Shown one piece after another: positions 8,665 to 19,458 of a DNA stretch of 32,000 nucleotides. Under the pieces are notes generated by a model. The model had not been told where the DNA came from. It worked only from the letters and a program-made list of their open reading frames with translations, and did not search any database. The DNA lies in contig NZ_JHXR01000019.1 in assembly GCF_000621645.1 (NCBI RefSeq), forward strand, positions 30,001 to 62,000. The letters run 5' to 3'. How positions within the stretch are numbered: position 1 is the stretch's first letter; each line of letters begins with the position of its first letter. This DNA comes from Vibrio cholerae ATCC 14035 (GTDB taxonomy: Bacteria > Pseudomonadota > Gammaproteobacteria > Enterobacterales > Vibrionaceae). A program made the position numbers and the translations under genes.

Positions 8665-8697
8665 AAAAAGCCCGCGAAATTCGCGGGCTTCGTTTTA
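8665..8697. terminator. Bidirectional terminator between convergent avtA and ibpA
   Basis: Stem gcccgcg (8670-8676) pairs with cgcgggc (8682-8688). A caaaaa run lies upstream and ttcgtttta downstream. Confidence 0.8.
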
Positions 8698-8731
8698 TCT
8701 CGCGTTCAGTGCGTTAAAACGCTGCGCAGAG

Positions 8732-9169
8732 TTATTTGTTTTCCAGTAGGTGCTTGCCGTTAATCGCAATTTTACGTGGCTGCATCGCTTCTGGAATTTC
8801 GCGCTCTAAATCAATGTGCAGCAGACCATGTTCCATAGTCGCGCCAGTCACTTTCACGTAATCCGCTAATTGGAATTTACGTTCAAAATCGCGCTCGGCA
8901 ATGCCCTGATAGATGTAGTTTTTGCTCTCTTCAGGTTTACGCTCACCGCGCACAATCAAAGTATTCTCTTGTTGAGTAATATCGATCTCTTCATCGCCAA
9001 AACCCGCTACCGCCATGGTAATGCGATATTGGTTGTCTTCTTTTTGCTCGATATTGTATGGAGGGTATCCGCCTTGGGCGTTTTTCGCCGCGCTGTTTTC
9101 CATCATGTTCAGTAGACGGTCAAAGCCAATCGCGTTGCGGTACAGTGGAGTAAAATCTACAGTTCTCAT
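8732..9169 (-). CDS. ibpA: Small heat-shock protein IbpA (Hsp20/alpha-crystallin family)
   Basis: The 145-aa product contains PLYRNAIGFDRL, GGYPPYNIE, YRITMAVAGF, YIYQGIAERDFERKFQLA and GLLHIDLEREIPE, which parallel E. coli IbpA. Confidence 0.92.
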   Translation of the reverse strand: MRTVDFTPLYRNAIGFDRLLNMMENSAAKNAQGGYPPYNIEQKEDNQYRITMAVAGFGDEEIDITQQENTLIVRGERKPEESKNYIYQGIAERDFERKFQLADYVKVTGATMEHGLLHIDLEREIPEAMQPRKIAINGKHLLENK

Positions 9170-9173
9170 ATTC

Positions 9174-9197
9174 CTATCCTCTTTGATTAAGCAATAG
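9174..9197 (-). promoter_or_regulatory. ROSE-like RNA thermometer hairpin occluding the ibpA Shine-Dalgarno
   Basis: The minus strand reads CUAUUGCUUAAUCAAAGAGGAUAG. CUAU pairs with AUAG, and the UUGCU motif sits opposite the SD GAGGA with an unpaired G. The hairpin ends 4 nt before the ATG. This is the ROSE-type arrangement known for gammaproteobacterial ibpA. Confidence 0.55.
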
Positions 9198-9337
9198 TCT
9201 TAACAATGACTTGTTAAGTCGCTCGATCCATTCTTATGACCTGAATCGGCGTGATTTCAGTTAGGTAACACACTCCTCAATTGAGCAAGGGTGTTAGTCT
9301 CATTCAGAGGTCCTAGCGGCATCCTCTTCAATTCTAG

Positions 9338-9365
9338 ATATAAGGTCACTCAAAACCATTTCAAG
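9338..9365 (-). promoter_or_regulatory. Sigma32 (heat-shock) promoter of ibpA
   Basis: The minus strand has CTTGAAA (9365-9359), a 13-nt spacer, then CCTTATAT (9345-9338). The sigma32 consensus is CTTGAAA-N13-15-CCCCATnT. This gives a 5' UTR of about 160 nt. Confidence 0.7.
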
Positions 9366-9387
9366 TTTTTGCCCAAAAATTTTTTTG

Positions 9388-9414
9388 AAAAAAAGCCCGA
9401 CATTGAGTCGGGCT
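9388..9414 (-). terminator. Rho-independent terminator of the Rnk-like/sORF operon
   Basis: The minus strand reads AGCCCGAC-UCAAU-GUCGGGCU followed by UUUUUUUC. It lies 30 nt after the sORF stop. Confidence 0.8.
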
Positions 9415-9444
9415 AGTCATTTGGATAATGCACTTTATCCTTAA

Positions 9445-9561
9445 TTAACGGCCTTTGCTTTTGCGTGGCTTAATCACTGAGCTCTCTTGCGCTTTTTCTT
9501 GCTTCAGCTTGCGCTTCTCTTTGAGGCTGAGTTGTGGTTTTTTCATCTCTTGTTTACTCAT
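9445..9561 (-). CDS. Unannotated 38-aa lysine-rich small ORF (MSKQEMKKPQLSLKEKRKLKQEKAQESSVIKPRKSKGR)
   Basis: Hand-translated; the ORF is below the ORF-track cutoff. A consensus SD AGGAG lies 6 nt upstream (taAGGAGtttgtcATG) and overlaps the TAG stop of the upstream gene. A terminator follows. 14 of 38 residues are K or R. Confidence 0.5.
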   Translation of the reverse strand: MSKQEMKKPQLSLKEKRKLKQEKAQESSVIKPRKSKGR

Positions 9562-9570
9562 GACAAACTC

Positions 9571-9993
9571 CTAATTACTGACATAACAAGCATGGCAAAG
9601 CTTGGTTGGCTTACCCTGCATTGAGTGCTGAACGTGAGTAATGGCAAAGCAATGGGGTTGTCCCCAAATCGACAAGGTAAACACTTCATGCTGACGACGG
9701 CCAAGTAAAGCGGCACCAAGTAGGGAATCGCACGTCACGCCACCCTGGACTTCGTGCTGATTTTCAGACGTGGTCAGAGTGACTTGAAACGACAACTGAC
9801 GATGAGCATCAACAAGGCTCACCGTATCCCCAAGCTTAATGCGCTGTGGCGCTCGTTCAATGGGCGAGCGAGGATGCTCCAGCTTCTCGAACAATTCGAG
9901 CAGCAACAGCGGAGATTGATAGGTCAAAAAGCGGCTACGTAGCCACCAACCGGCGAGAAAACGCCGAATATTCAAAGATAACCGGTTCAGCAT
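9571..9993 (-). CDS. GreA/GreB C-terminal-domain (Rnk-like) protein, putative RNA polymerase secondary-channel factor
   Basis: The C-terminal half IKLGDTVSLVD...VTLTTSENQHEVQGGVTCDSLLGAALLGRRQHEVFTLSIWGQPHCFAITHV follows the Gre/Rnk C-terminal pattern (GD-V-L-D ... IS--SPLG-ALLG ... V). I trimmed the start to the ATG at 9993, which has SD AAGGAAG 5 nt upstream, giving 140 aa. An alternative ATG is at 10011. Confidence 0.7.
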   Translation of the reverse strand: MLNRLSLNIRRFLAGWWLRSRFLTYQSPLLLLELFEKLEHPRSPIERAPQRIKLGDTVSLVDAHRQLSFQVTLTTSENQHEVQGGVTCDSLLGAALLGRRQHEVFTLSIWGQPHCFAITHVQHSMQGKPTKLCHACYVSN

Positions 9994-10139
9994 GATACTT
10001 CCTTTGCTCATTCCATTACCAACAGTGACAAATCGATGAGTATGCCCGGGAGTGAAATACACTCCCGGTTCAATTCACAAAGGCGACCATCCTGACCTCC
10101 AGTCAAAAAAATAAGGAATAACGATAGGGTTCACAGACC

Positions 10140-10167
10140 ACTATAGACACTAAAAAAATGAATGCAA
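10140..10167 (-). promoter_or_regulatory. Putative sigma70 promoter of the Rnk-like operon
   Basis: The minus strand has TTGCAT (10167-10162), a 16-nt spacer, then TATAGT (10145-10140). This implies a leader of about 140 nt containing the 10046-10068 hairpin. Confidence 0.4.
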
Positions 10168-10359
10168 CCTCATGAAATTTAGAGAAAAAAGGAAAGTCTA
10201 ATAAAGCTGTTTTCAGGATAGAAAAGTCTTAGTTAACCTCTGATTTTGGTGCTTTAGCCCAACAACCTAGGATATTCGACACAAAATTTTTATGGCTCCC
10301 TTTTGTCATTGCTTGAGGCTGCCGTCATCCAACAGAGGGAAGGGACAAAATGCAGAGAT

Positions 10360-10390
10360 AAAAAAAGCAGCGCCACAGCGCTGCTTTTTT
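10360..10390. terminator. Bidirectional rho-independent terminator downstream of gyrB
   Basis: Stem gcagcgc (10367-10373) pairs with gcgctgc (10378-10384) around loop caca. A 7-A run lies upstream and a 6-T run downstream. It sits 28 nt from the gyrB stop. Confidence 0.85.
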
Positions 10391-10417
10391 ATCGCAGATT
10401 GTTAATCAACCAAACGC

Positions 10418-12838
<2,421 letters not shown>

Positions 12839-12855
12839 TTACTCTCTCACTCTGT

Positions 12856-13947
12856 TTATCCTTGCTCTATTACACCGTGGGCAACGTGAAATGTTTTACT
12901 GGACTCATCTAACATGTCCGCCACTTGGCTTTCGGTAATAGAACTTACAAAAACCTGCGCCCCCGTCCCTTTTAGGCTATCTGCCAAACGTTGGCGACGT
13001 AGGCTATCCAATTCGGAAGCAAAATCATCGATAAGATAAATGCATTGCTTTCCCGTCAACTCGGTCAGGTGCTGCCCTTGCGCCACGCGCAACGCACACA
13101 CCATCAACTTCAGTTGTCCCCGCGACAACACATCTTCCACCGGGGTTGCGTTCACTTTAATCCGCAAATCCGCTTTGTTAGGCCCGCTAAAGGTATAGCC
13201 CAACTGCTGATCCCGTTCGAAGTTTTTTTCCAGAATCGATTGATAAGGCTGATCTTTTTCCCAACCTCGATAATACTTTAAGTCGATATCGAATTCTGGC
13301 AAAAATGTGCGACATAACTGCTCTGCCACATTTTTCAATTGATTGACGTAACTTTCACGCCACTGGTCAATCTGCTCAGCCAAACGGGCTAATTCTTGAT
13401 CCCAATAACTGAGTTCACGATAGCTTTGCGCGCTTTTTAGCAGTGCATTACGCTGCTTGCTGAGCCGCTTAAACCGCCCCCATGCATCGAAAAAAGCGGG
13501 CTCAGTATGAAACACGCCCCAATCGATAAAAGCCCGACGCTGTTTCGGTCCATCGGTCAGCAGTTCAAAGCCTTCCGGATGAATCAATTGCAGTGGCAAA
13601 ATCTGCGCTAATTGCGCCAATTTTTGCCCTGTTTGGCCGCCTATTTTAACCTCAGTTGAGCCGTCACGCTGCTTATTAATGCCAACGGGTAGCTCAAATT
13701 GATCAGAGCTCAAAGAATGCTCACAAATCCGGCCATGCACAAACAGTTCTGAGCACTCATTTTGAATGATCCGTCCGGTCAGCGAGCTTTTAAATGAACG
13801 GCCATGGCCGAGCAGATAAATCGCTTCAAGCACGCTGGTTTTACCGCTGCCATTCGGCCCGATAAGAAAGTTAAAGCCTGCTGATAGGCGAATATCACAG
13901 GCTTTAATATTACGAAACTGTTGGATCATTAACCGGGAAAGCGGCAT
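12856..13947 (-). CDS. recF: DNA replication and repair protein RecF
   Basis: The 363-aa product starts [49 protein letters not shown], which parallels the E. coli RecF N-terminus including the Walker A motif. It sits in the conserved dnaN-recF-gyrB position. Confidence 0.95.
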
Positions 13948-13964
13948 GGTAACTCGGTTATACC

Positions 13965-15065
13965 TTACAGACGAATTGGCATGACCACGTACATGGCACT
14001 GTCATCATCGACATTCTCCACCAAGGCACTGGCGTTGGCATCCGACATCGAAACGCGCACATTGTCGCAGCGCAGGGTGTTAAGCACATCCAAGATATAG
14101 CTGACGTTAAAGCCAATCTCAATCGGCTCGCCTTCAAAGCTCACATCCAGTAGCTCTTCCGCTTCTTCTTGCTCTGGGTTATTGGCGGTAATGCGCATTC
14201 CGTTGTCAGCCAAATTAACCCGTACACCACGGAATTTTTCATTCGATAGAATCGCGGCACGCGAAAATGCTTGGCGTAACTCTTCGCAGCCCGTTTGTAG
14301 TGTTTTGCTGGTATGTTGCGGCAATACACGGCGATAATCAGGGAAACGACCATCAACCAGCTTCGAAGTAAACACAAAGTGATTCACTTCTGCACGCAAG
14401 TTAGAGTGGCCGATTTGCAGCACCACAGGTTGCTCTGGCGCATCAAGCAATTTCACCAGCTCAAGCACCCCTTTACGCGGCACAATGATCTGCTTTTGCG
14501 CAAAATCCGCACCGAGCTGAGCTTGCGCCACCGCCATACGGTGACCATCAGTCGCCACAGAACGCAAGGTGGTGCCATCAATTTCAAACAGCATGCCGTT
14601 TAAGTAGTAGCGTACATCTTGGTTGGCCATAGAAAACTGCGTTTTCTCAATCAGGCCACGCAGTTCCGCTTGAGTGAGCGAAACTTGCACTTCACTTTGC
14701 CAATCTTCAATGTTCGGAAAATCACTGGCAGGTAAGGTGGCGAGTGAGAAACGGCTACGACCAGAACGCACTTGAATGCGATCGCCTTCAAGCAGCACAG
14801 TGATCACCGCACTATCGGGCAAACCACGGCAAATATCTAAAAACTTACGCGCAGGAACGGTAATACTGCCTGCTTCAAATTCACCTTCTAACGTCACACG
14901 GCTGATCAGTTCCACTTCCAAATCGGTGGCGGTCATCGACAGTTGATTCTCTTCCACCTTGAGCAACAAATTACCCAAGATCGGCAAGCTGGCGCGACCA
15001 CCTAAAGTGCCAGACACCTGCTGCAATGGTTTAATCAAGTGGCTACGTTCAATGGTAAATTTCAT
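13965..15065 (-). CDS. dnaN: DNA polymerase III beta sliding clamp
   Basis: The 366-aa product starts [35 protein letters not shown] and ends YVVMPIRL, which is canonical DnaN. Confidence 0.96.
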
Positions 15066-15122
15066 AGTCTTCTCTTAAACGGGTGAAAGCGAAATACGCA
15101 AGTGCGCTAACCATAGCGCAAA

Positions 15123-16526
15123 TTAAGAGGAAAGCGTACGAATCAGGTTCGAATAATCTTCTTTGATATCGTGACTCTCTTCGCGCAACTGCTCGATTTT
15201 ACGGCAAGCGTGTAACACAGTCGTGTGGTCACGGCCGCCAAACGCATCGCCAATCTCTGGCAAGCTGTGGTTGGTCAGCTCTTTAGCCAGTGCCATCGCC
15301 AATTGACGAGGACGAGCGACTGAGCGCGAACGGCGTTTTGAGAGCAGATCCGCCACTTTAATTTTGTAGTATTCGGCAACGGTCTTCTGAATATTATCAA
15401 TCGTGACCAGCTTTTCTTGCAGCGCTAATAAGTCACGCAGTGCTTCACGCACGAAATCAATCGTGATTGGGCGACCGGTAAAGTTGGCGTTGGCAATCAC
15501 GCGGTTCAGTGCGCCTTCCAACTCACGCACGTTAGAGCGCAGGCGTTTCGCAATAAAGAAAGCCACTTCATCCGGCAGATGAATCTGGTGATCTTCCGCT
15601 TTTTTCATCAAGATCGCGACGCGGGTTTCCAACTCCGGCGGCTCGATCGCCACCGTTAAGCCCCAGCCAAAACGCGATTTGAGACGATCTTCTACACCAC
15701 TGATCTCTTTTGGATAGCGGTCAGAAGTCAAAATAATTTGTTGGTTGCCTTCCAGCAGTGCGTTAAAGGTGTGGAAGAACTCTTCCTGCGAACGCTCTTT
15801 GTTGGCAAAGAATTGAATATCGTCGATCAACAAGGCATCTACACTGCGATAGTAGCGTTTGAATTCTTCAATCGCGTTGTTCTGCAGGGCTTTTACCATG
15901 TCTTGCACGAAACGCTCAGAGTGCATGTACACCACTTTAGCGTTCGGGTTGTTATCAACAATCGCGTTACCCACCGCATGCAGCAAGTGCGTTTTACCCA
16001 AACCGGTGCCGCCATACAAAAAGAGGGGGTTATACGCCGCACCTGGGTTATCAGAGACTTGGCGAGCCGCGGCCAGACCTAACTGGTTAGATTTACCTTC
16101 CACGAAGTTGTTGAACTTGTGTTTCGGGTTCACATTTGAGCGGTGAGTAATATCAGCCGCAGCACTGTCATCATCCCAGGTTTTATGGATAGGTTTACGC
16201 TGCGCCAATTGCGCAGGCGCCGACGATTCCGCCGCGACATCCGCAGCCGTACGTACAGGCGCGGGTTTTGGCGCCACCACAGGGCGGCTCCCCACTTCAA
16301 AGCGCAAATTAGGCACATCATTGCCACTGAATTCCATCAGCAGACGATTGATGTTATTGAGGTACTTATCGCGTACCCAATCCAACACAAAGCGGTTCGG
16401 GGCGAATAAAGTGAGAGTATTGTCATTGAGCTCCGCTTGAAGCGGACGCACCCACATACTGAATTCTGCGGCAGGTAGCTCTTCCTGAAGCCGTTGCAAA
16501 CATTGCAACCATAGCGAAGATGACAC
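15123..16526 (-). CDS. dnaA: Chromosomal replication initiator DnaA
   Basis: [32 protein letters not shown] parallels E. coli [33 protein letters not shown]. The AAA+ Walker [11 protein letters not shown] and a C-terminal DnaA-box-binding domain are present. I trimmed the start from the TTG at 16541 to the GTG at 16526, which has SD GAGGGA 5 nt upstream, giving 467 aa. Confidence 0.95.
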   Translation of the reverse strand: MSSSLWLQCLQRLQEELPAAEFSMWVRPLQAELNDNTLTLFAPNRFVLDWVRDKYLNNINRLLMEFSGNDVPNLRFEVGSRPVVAPKPAPVRTAADVAAESSAPAQLAQRKPIHKTWDDDSAAADITHRSNVNPKHKFNNFVEGKSNQLGLAAARQVSDNPGAAYNPLFLYGGTGLGKTHLLHAVGNAIVDNNPNAKVVYMHSERFVQDMVKALQNNAIEEFKRYYRSVDALLIDDIQFFANKERSQEEFFHTFNALLEGNQQIILTSDRYPKEISGVEDRLKSRFGWGLTVAIEPPELETRVAILMKKAEDHQIHLPDEVAFFIAKRLRSNVRELEGALNRVIANANFTGRPITIDFVREALRDLLALQEKLVTIDNIQKTVAEYYKIKVADLLSKRRSRSVARPRQLAMALAKELTNHSLPEIGDAFGGRDHTTVLHACRKIEQLREESHDIKEDYSNLIRTLSS

Positions 16527-16549
16527 GATTCCCTCACTCAAAAATCAAC

Positions 16550-16752
16550 GATCGGTAAAGAGGAACAATTCTACCTGTTGATAACTCAGATCGCCAGCGC
16601 TGGATCGTCGATCCAGTGAATAAGATCTAAGTTATTCACATTATTTTTCGACCGATAACTAAGATCCTCACACATTTTGCCCGTGCTACCCACATAAAGA
16701 TCCACATATCTCAAGATCTTTAGTAGTTATCCCCATGTTTTTGATTTTGATC
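16550..16752. promoter_or_regulatory. dnaA promoter/autoregulatory region: DnaA boxes plus a dense GATC (Dam/SeqA) cluster
   Basis: DnaA-box matches are TTATTCACA (16632-16640, +, perfect TTATNCACA), TTATCAACA (16576-16584, -, 1 mismatch), TTATCCCCA (16727-16735, +, 1 mismatch) and AGATCCACA (16698-16706, +). Nine GATC sites start at 16550, 16589, 16603, 16610, 16624, 16663, 16699, 16715 and 16749. Confidence 0.7.
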
Positions 16753-16837
16753 AGTTATTGTTAATAACTACTGGTTATTTCTTTTAATGATTTAATTGCC
16801 AGTAGGATATAAACATAAATTATACAGGAGTCACACA

Positions 16838-17584
16838 ATGAAACACTGGTTTAACATCGCTCTGGCTGCCCTAGCCCTTTCTTCTGCCACCGTTCAGGCA
16901 GCTACCGAGGTGAAAGTCGGCATGTCGGGCCGTTATTTCCCCTTCACCTTCGTGAAACAAGACGAGCTGCAAGGCTTTGAAGTGGATGTGTGGAATGAAA
17001 TTGGTAAACGTAATGATTATAAGGTCGAGTTTGTTACTGCGAACTTCTCCGGTTTGCTTGGCCTGCTCGAAACTGGGCGCATCGACACCATTTCTAACCA
17101 AATCACTATCACAGATGCACGTAAGGCTAAATATCTATTCTCCGATCCGTATGTGATTGATGGTGCACAAATTACGGTGCGTAAAGGCAATGAAGCGATT
17201 AAAGGCATTGACGATTTAGCGGGCAAAACCGTTGCGGTTAATTTAGGTTCTAACTTTGAACAGCTCCTGCGCAACCATGATAAAGACGGCAAAATCAACA
17301 TCAAAACCTACGATACCGGCATTGAACACGATGTGGCTTTAGGCCGTGCCGATGCGTTTGTGATGGATCGTCTGTCTGCGCTTGAGCTGATCGAAAAGAC
17401 CGGTTTACCACTGCAACTCGCGGGTTCACCGTTTGAAACTATCGAAAACGCGTGGCCATTTGTGAATAACGAAAAAGGTCAGCAACTGCAAGGTGAAGTC
17501 AATAAAGCGCTCGCCGCCATGCGTGCTGACGGTACATTAAGCCAAATCGCGCTCAAATGGTTCGGTACCGATATCTCGCAATAA
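16838..17584 (+). CDS. Polar amino-acid (cystine-type) ABC transporter, periplasmic substrate-binding protein
   Basis: I trimmed the start to the ATG at 16838 (SD AGGAG 8 nt upstream). The signal peptide MKHWFNIALAALALSSATVQA is followed by a family-3 SBP fold (GFEVDVWNEIGKR, RIDTISNQITIT, YLFSDPY). Specificity is not determinable by eye. Confidence 0.88.
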   Translation: MKHWFNIALAALALSSATVQAATEVKVGMSGRYFPFTFVKQDELQGFEVDVWNEIGKRNDYKVEFVTANFSGLLGLLETGRIDTISNQITITDARKAKYLFSDPYVIDGAQITVRKGNEAIKGIDDLAGKTVAVNLGSNFEQLLRNHDKDGKINIKTYDTGIEHDVALGRADAFVMDRLSALELIEKTGLPLQLAGSPFETIENAWPFVNNEKGQQLQGEVNKALAAMRADGTLSQIALKWFGTDISQ

Positions 17585-17615
17585 TTCTGCTTCACCAAGC
17601 TAGACTCTATTCTAT

Positions 17616-17647
17616 AAAGGTGGGACTTTCCCACCTTTGATTATTTT
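17616..17647 (+). terminator. Intra-operon hairpin/attenuator between the binding-protein and permease genes
   Basis: A 10-bp perfect stem aaaggtggga pairs with tcccaccttt around loop ctt, with tail tgattatttt. This is typical of partial terminators that raise the SBP:permease ratio. Confidence 0.6.
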
Positions 17648-17661
17648 AGGAAGGAAAGCAG

Positions 17662-18333
17662 ATGGGTTTTGACTTTCACTACATGCTTGAGCTGCTGCCA
17701 ATCTTGCTCAAATATCTGGGTACGACTCTGGAAATGGCCAGCTGGGGGCTAGTTTTCGCGCTGATTTTGGCGCTGTTTCTAGCCAATATTCGGGTATTCA
17801 AAGTGCCAGTGTTGGATCCCCTTAGCCAGCTCTACATCAGTTTTTTCCGCGGAACGCCGCTGCTTGTACAGTTATTTTTGCTCTACTACGGTTTACCGCA
17901 AGTCTTCCCCCTGTTGGTTGGGCTTGATGCATTCAGCGCTGCGGTGATCGGTTTAACGCTACATTTTGCCGCTTACATGGCGGAAAGCATTCGCGCCGCG
18001 ATCATCGGTATTGATCGCAGCCAAATGGAAGCCAGCTTATCCGTCGGAATGACCACTTCTCAGGCGATGCGCCGGATCATTTTGCCACAAGCCACACGCG
18101 TTGCTCTGCCTTCATTGATGAACTATTTCATTGATATGATCAAATCAACCTCCCTCGCCTTTACCCTTGGCGTGGCTGAGATCATGGCTAAAGCGCAGAT
18201 GGAAGCTTCATCCAGTTTCCGTTTTTTCGAAGCCTTCTTGGCGGTAGCCCTCATCTATTGGGTGGTGGTTTTGGTGCTCACTCGCCTGCAATCTTGGGCA
18301 GAGCAGAAACTCAATAAGGCGTACGCACGATGA
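17662..18333 (+). CDS. Polar amino-acid ABC transporter permease
   Basis: The 223-aa HisM/YecS-type permease has SD AGGAAGGAA upstream. It carries an EAA-like loop ([29 protein letters not shown]) and five hydrophobic segments. Confidence 0.9.
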   Translation: MGFDFHYMLELLPILLKYLGTTLEMASWGLVFALILALFLANIRVFKVPVLDPLSQLYISFFRGTPLLVQLFLLYYGLPQVFPLLVGLDAFSAAVIGLTLHFAAYMAESIRAAIIGIDRSQMEASLSVGMTTSQAMRRIILPQATRVALPSLMNYFIDMIKSTSLAFTLGVAEIMAKAQMEASSSFRFFEAFLAVALIYWVVVLVLTRLQSWAEQKLNKAYAR

Positions 18334-19067
18334 TTAAATTGCAGAATATCCACAAAAGGTTTGGTACCAGTGAAGTACTAAAAGGCATTGATCTTGAAAT
18401 CCAACGCGGAGAGATCGTGGTCATCATCGGCTCCAGTGGCACAGGTAAATCCACTCTACTGCGCTGCGTGAACTTTCTTGAGCAAGCCGATCAGGGCAGT
18501 ATTCGTATTGATGAACTCACCGTCGATACCCAAAAACATACCAAAGCTGATGTGCTGGCACTGCGCCGTAAAACCGGTTTTGTGTTTCAAAACTATGCGC
18601 TATTCGCTCATTTAACCGCGCGACAAAACATTGCAGAAGCCTTGATCACGGTACGCGGCTGGAAAAAAGCTCAAGCGCACCAACGAGCACAGCAAATTCT
18701 CGATGATATCGGCCTTGGCGATAAAGGTGATAGCTATCCCGCAGCACTCTCTGGCGGCCAGCAGCAACGGGTTGGGATTGGCCGCGCGATGGCGCTGCAA
18801 CCTGAACTGCTGCTGTTCGATGAACCGACCTCCGCCCTCGATCCTGAATGGGTGGGTGAAGTGCTGGCTCTTATGAAAAAATTGGCGACTCAACATCAAA
18901 CCATGTTGGTGGTCACTCATGAGATGCAGTTTGCCAAAGAAGTCGCCGATCGGGTAATCTTTATGGCCGAAGGAAAGATTGTCGAGCAAGGTTCTCCACA
19001 GGATATCTTTGACCATCCACAGGATCCGCGCTTAAGAAAATTCCTCAATCAAGTCGGGATCCGTTAA
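18330..19067 (+). CDS. Polar amino-acid ABC transporter ATP-binding protein
   Basis: The start overlaps the permease stop by ATGA. The product has Walker [10 protein letters not shown], the signature LSGGQQQRV, Walker [13 protein letters not shown] and the H-loop VTHEM. Confidence 0.92.
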   Translation: MIKLQNIHKRFGTSEVLKGIDLEIQRGEIVVIIGSSGTGKSTLLRCVNFLEQADQGSIRIDELTVDTQKHTKADVLALRRKTGFVFQNYALFAHLTARQNIAEALITVRGWKKAQAHQRAQQILDDIGLGDKGDSYPAALSGGQQQRVGIGRAMALQPELLLFDEPTSALDPEWVGEVLALMKKLATQHQTMLVVTHEMQFAKEVADRVIFMAEGKIVEQGSPQDIFDHPQDPRLRKFLNQVGIR

Positions 19068-19083
19068 GGATCCTTGAGATTTT

Positions 19084-19111
19084 GCGGTTTGTCCGTATAA
19101 TCGGCCGACCG
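19084..19111 (+). promoter_or_regulatory. Putative rpmH promoter P1
   Basis: TTGAGA (19084-19089), a 16-nt spacer, then TATAAT (19106-19111). Confidence 0.5.
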
Positions 19112-19187
19112 GAAATAAAGCGGCAACCAGAATGAGCCAGCTCATTGAGTGAGTTCAGACTGGGGAAAACCCAATCATTGACACCTT

Positions 19188-19216
19188 TTGTGACAGTGAT
19201 TACAATTCCGCCTCTT
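19188..19216 (+). promoter_or_regulatory. Putative rpmH promoter P2
   Basis: TTGACA (19188-19193), a 17-nt spacer, then TACAAT (19211-19216), about 90 nt upstream of rpmH. Confidence 0.6.
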
Positions 19217-19308
19217 TGTTGAGAGGCGTCGGCGTCTTCAGTGAAGACCTTAATGCCCACGCCGGGTTAACCAAGAACCTAAAACTACTGATCAGTAAAG
19301 GTAACATC

Positions 19309-19446
19309 ATGTCTAAACGCACTTTTCAACCTTCAGTTCTGAAGCGCAAGCGTACTCACGGTTTCCGTGCTCGCATGGCGACTGCGAACGGTCGTAAAGT
19401 TCTGAATGCACGTCGTGCAAAAGGCCGTAAGCGCCTGTCAAAATAA
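19309..19446 (+). CDS. rpmH: 50S ribosomal protein L34
   Basis: [45 protein letters not shown] (45 aa) is canonical L34. The ORF-track start was trimmed to the ATG at 19309. Confidence 0.95.
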   Translation: MSKRTFQPSVLKRKRTHGFRARMATANGRKVLNARRAKGRKRLSK

Positions 19447-19458
19447 TCTCGAATTATT

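Noticed and set aside
10336-10343. GGGAAGGG (KOPS/FtsK-orienting GGGNAGGG motif) on the plus strand left of oriC
   Set aside because: This is a single occurrence, and motif skew is only meaningful statistically over tens of kb. There is no inference to draw from one site.
16724-16737. agttatccccatg in the dnaA promoter resembles the ERIC core agttcatccccatg at 7181-7194
   Set aside because: The match is only about 13 nt with an indel and has no flanking ERIC arms. It is better explained as a 1-mismatch DnaA box (TTATCCCCA).
19067-19083. GGATCC-gttaa-GGATCC hairpin overlapping the ABC ATPase stop, considered as the operon terminator
   Set aside because: The stem is only 6 bp and the tail TTGAGATTTTG is interrupted. 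It also overlaps the proposed rpmH P1 -35 element. It may attenuate transcription, but I cannot support calling it a terminator.
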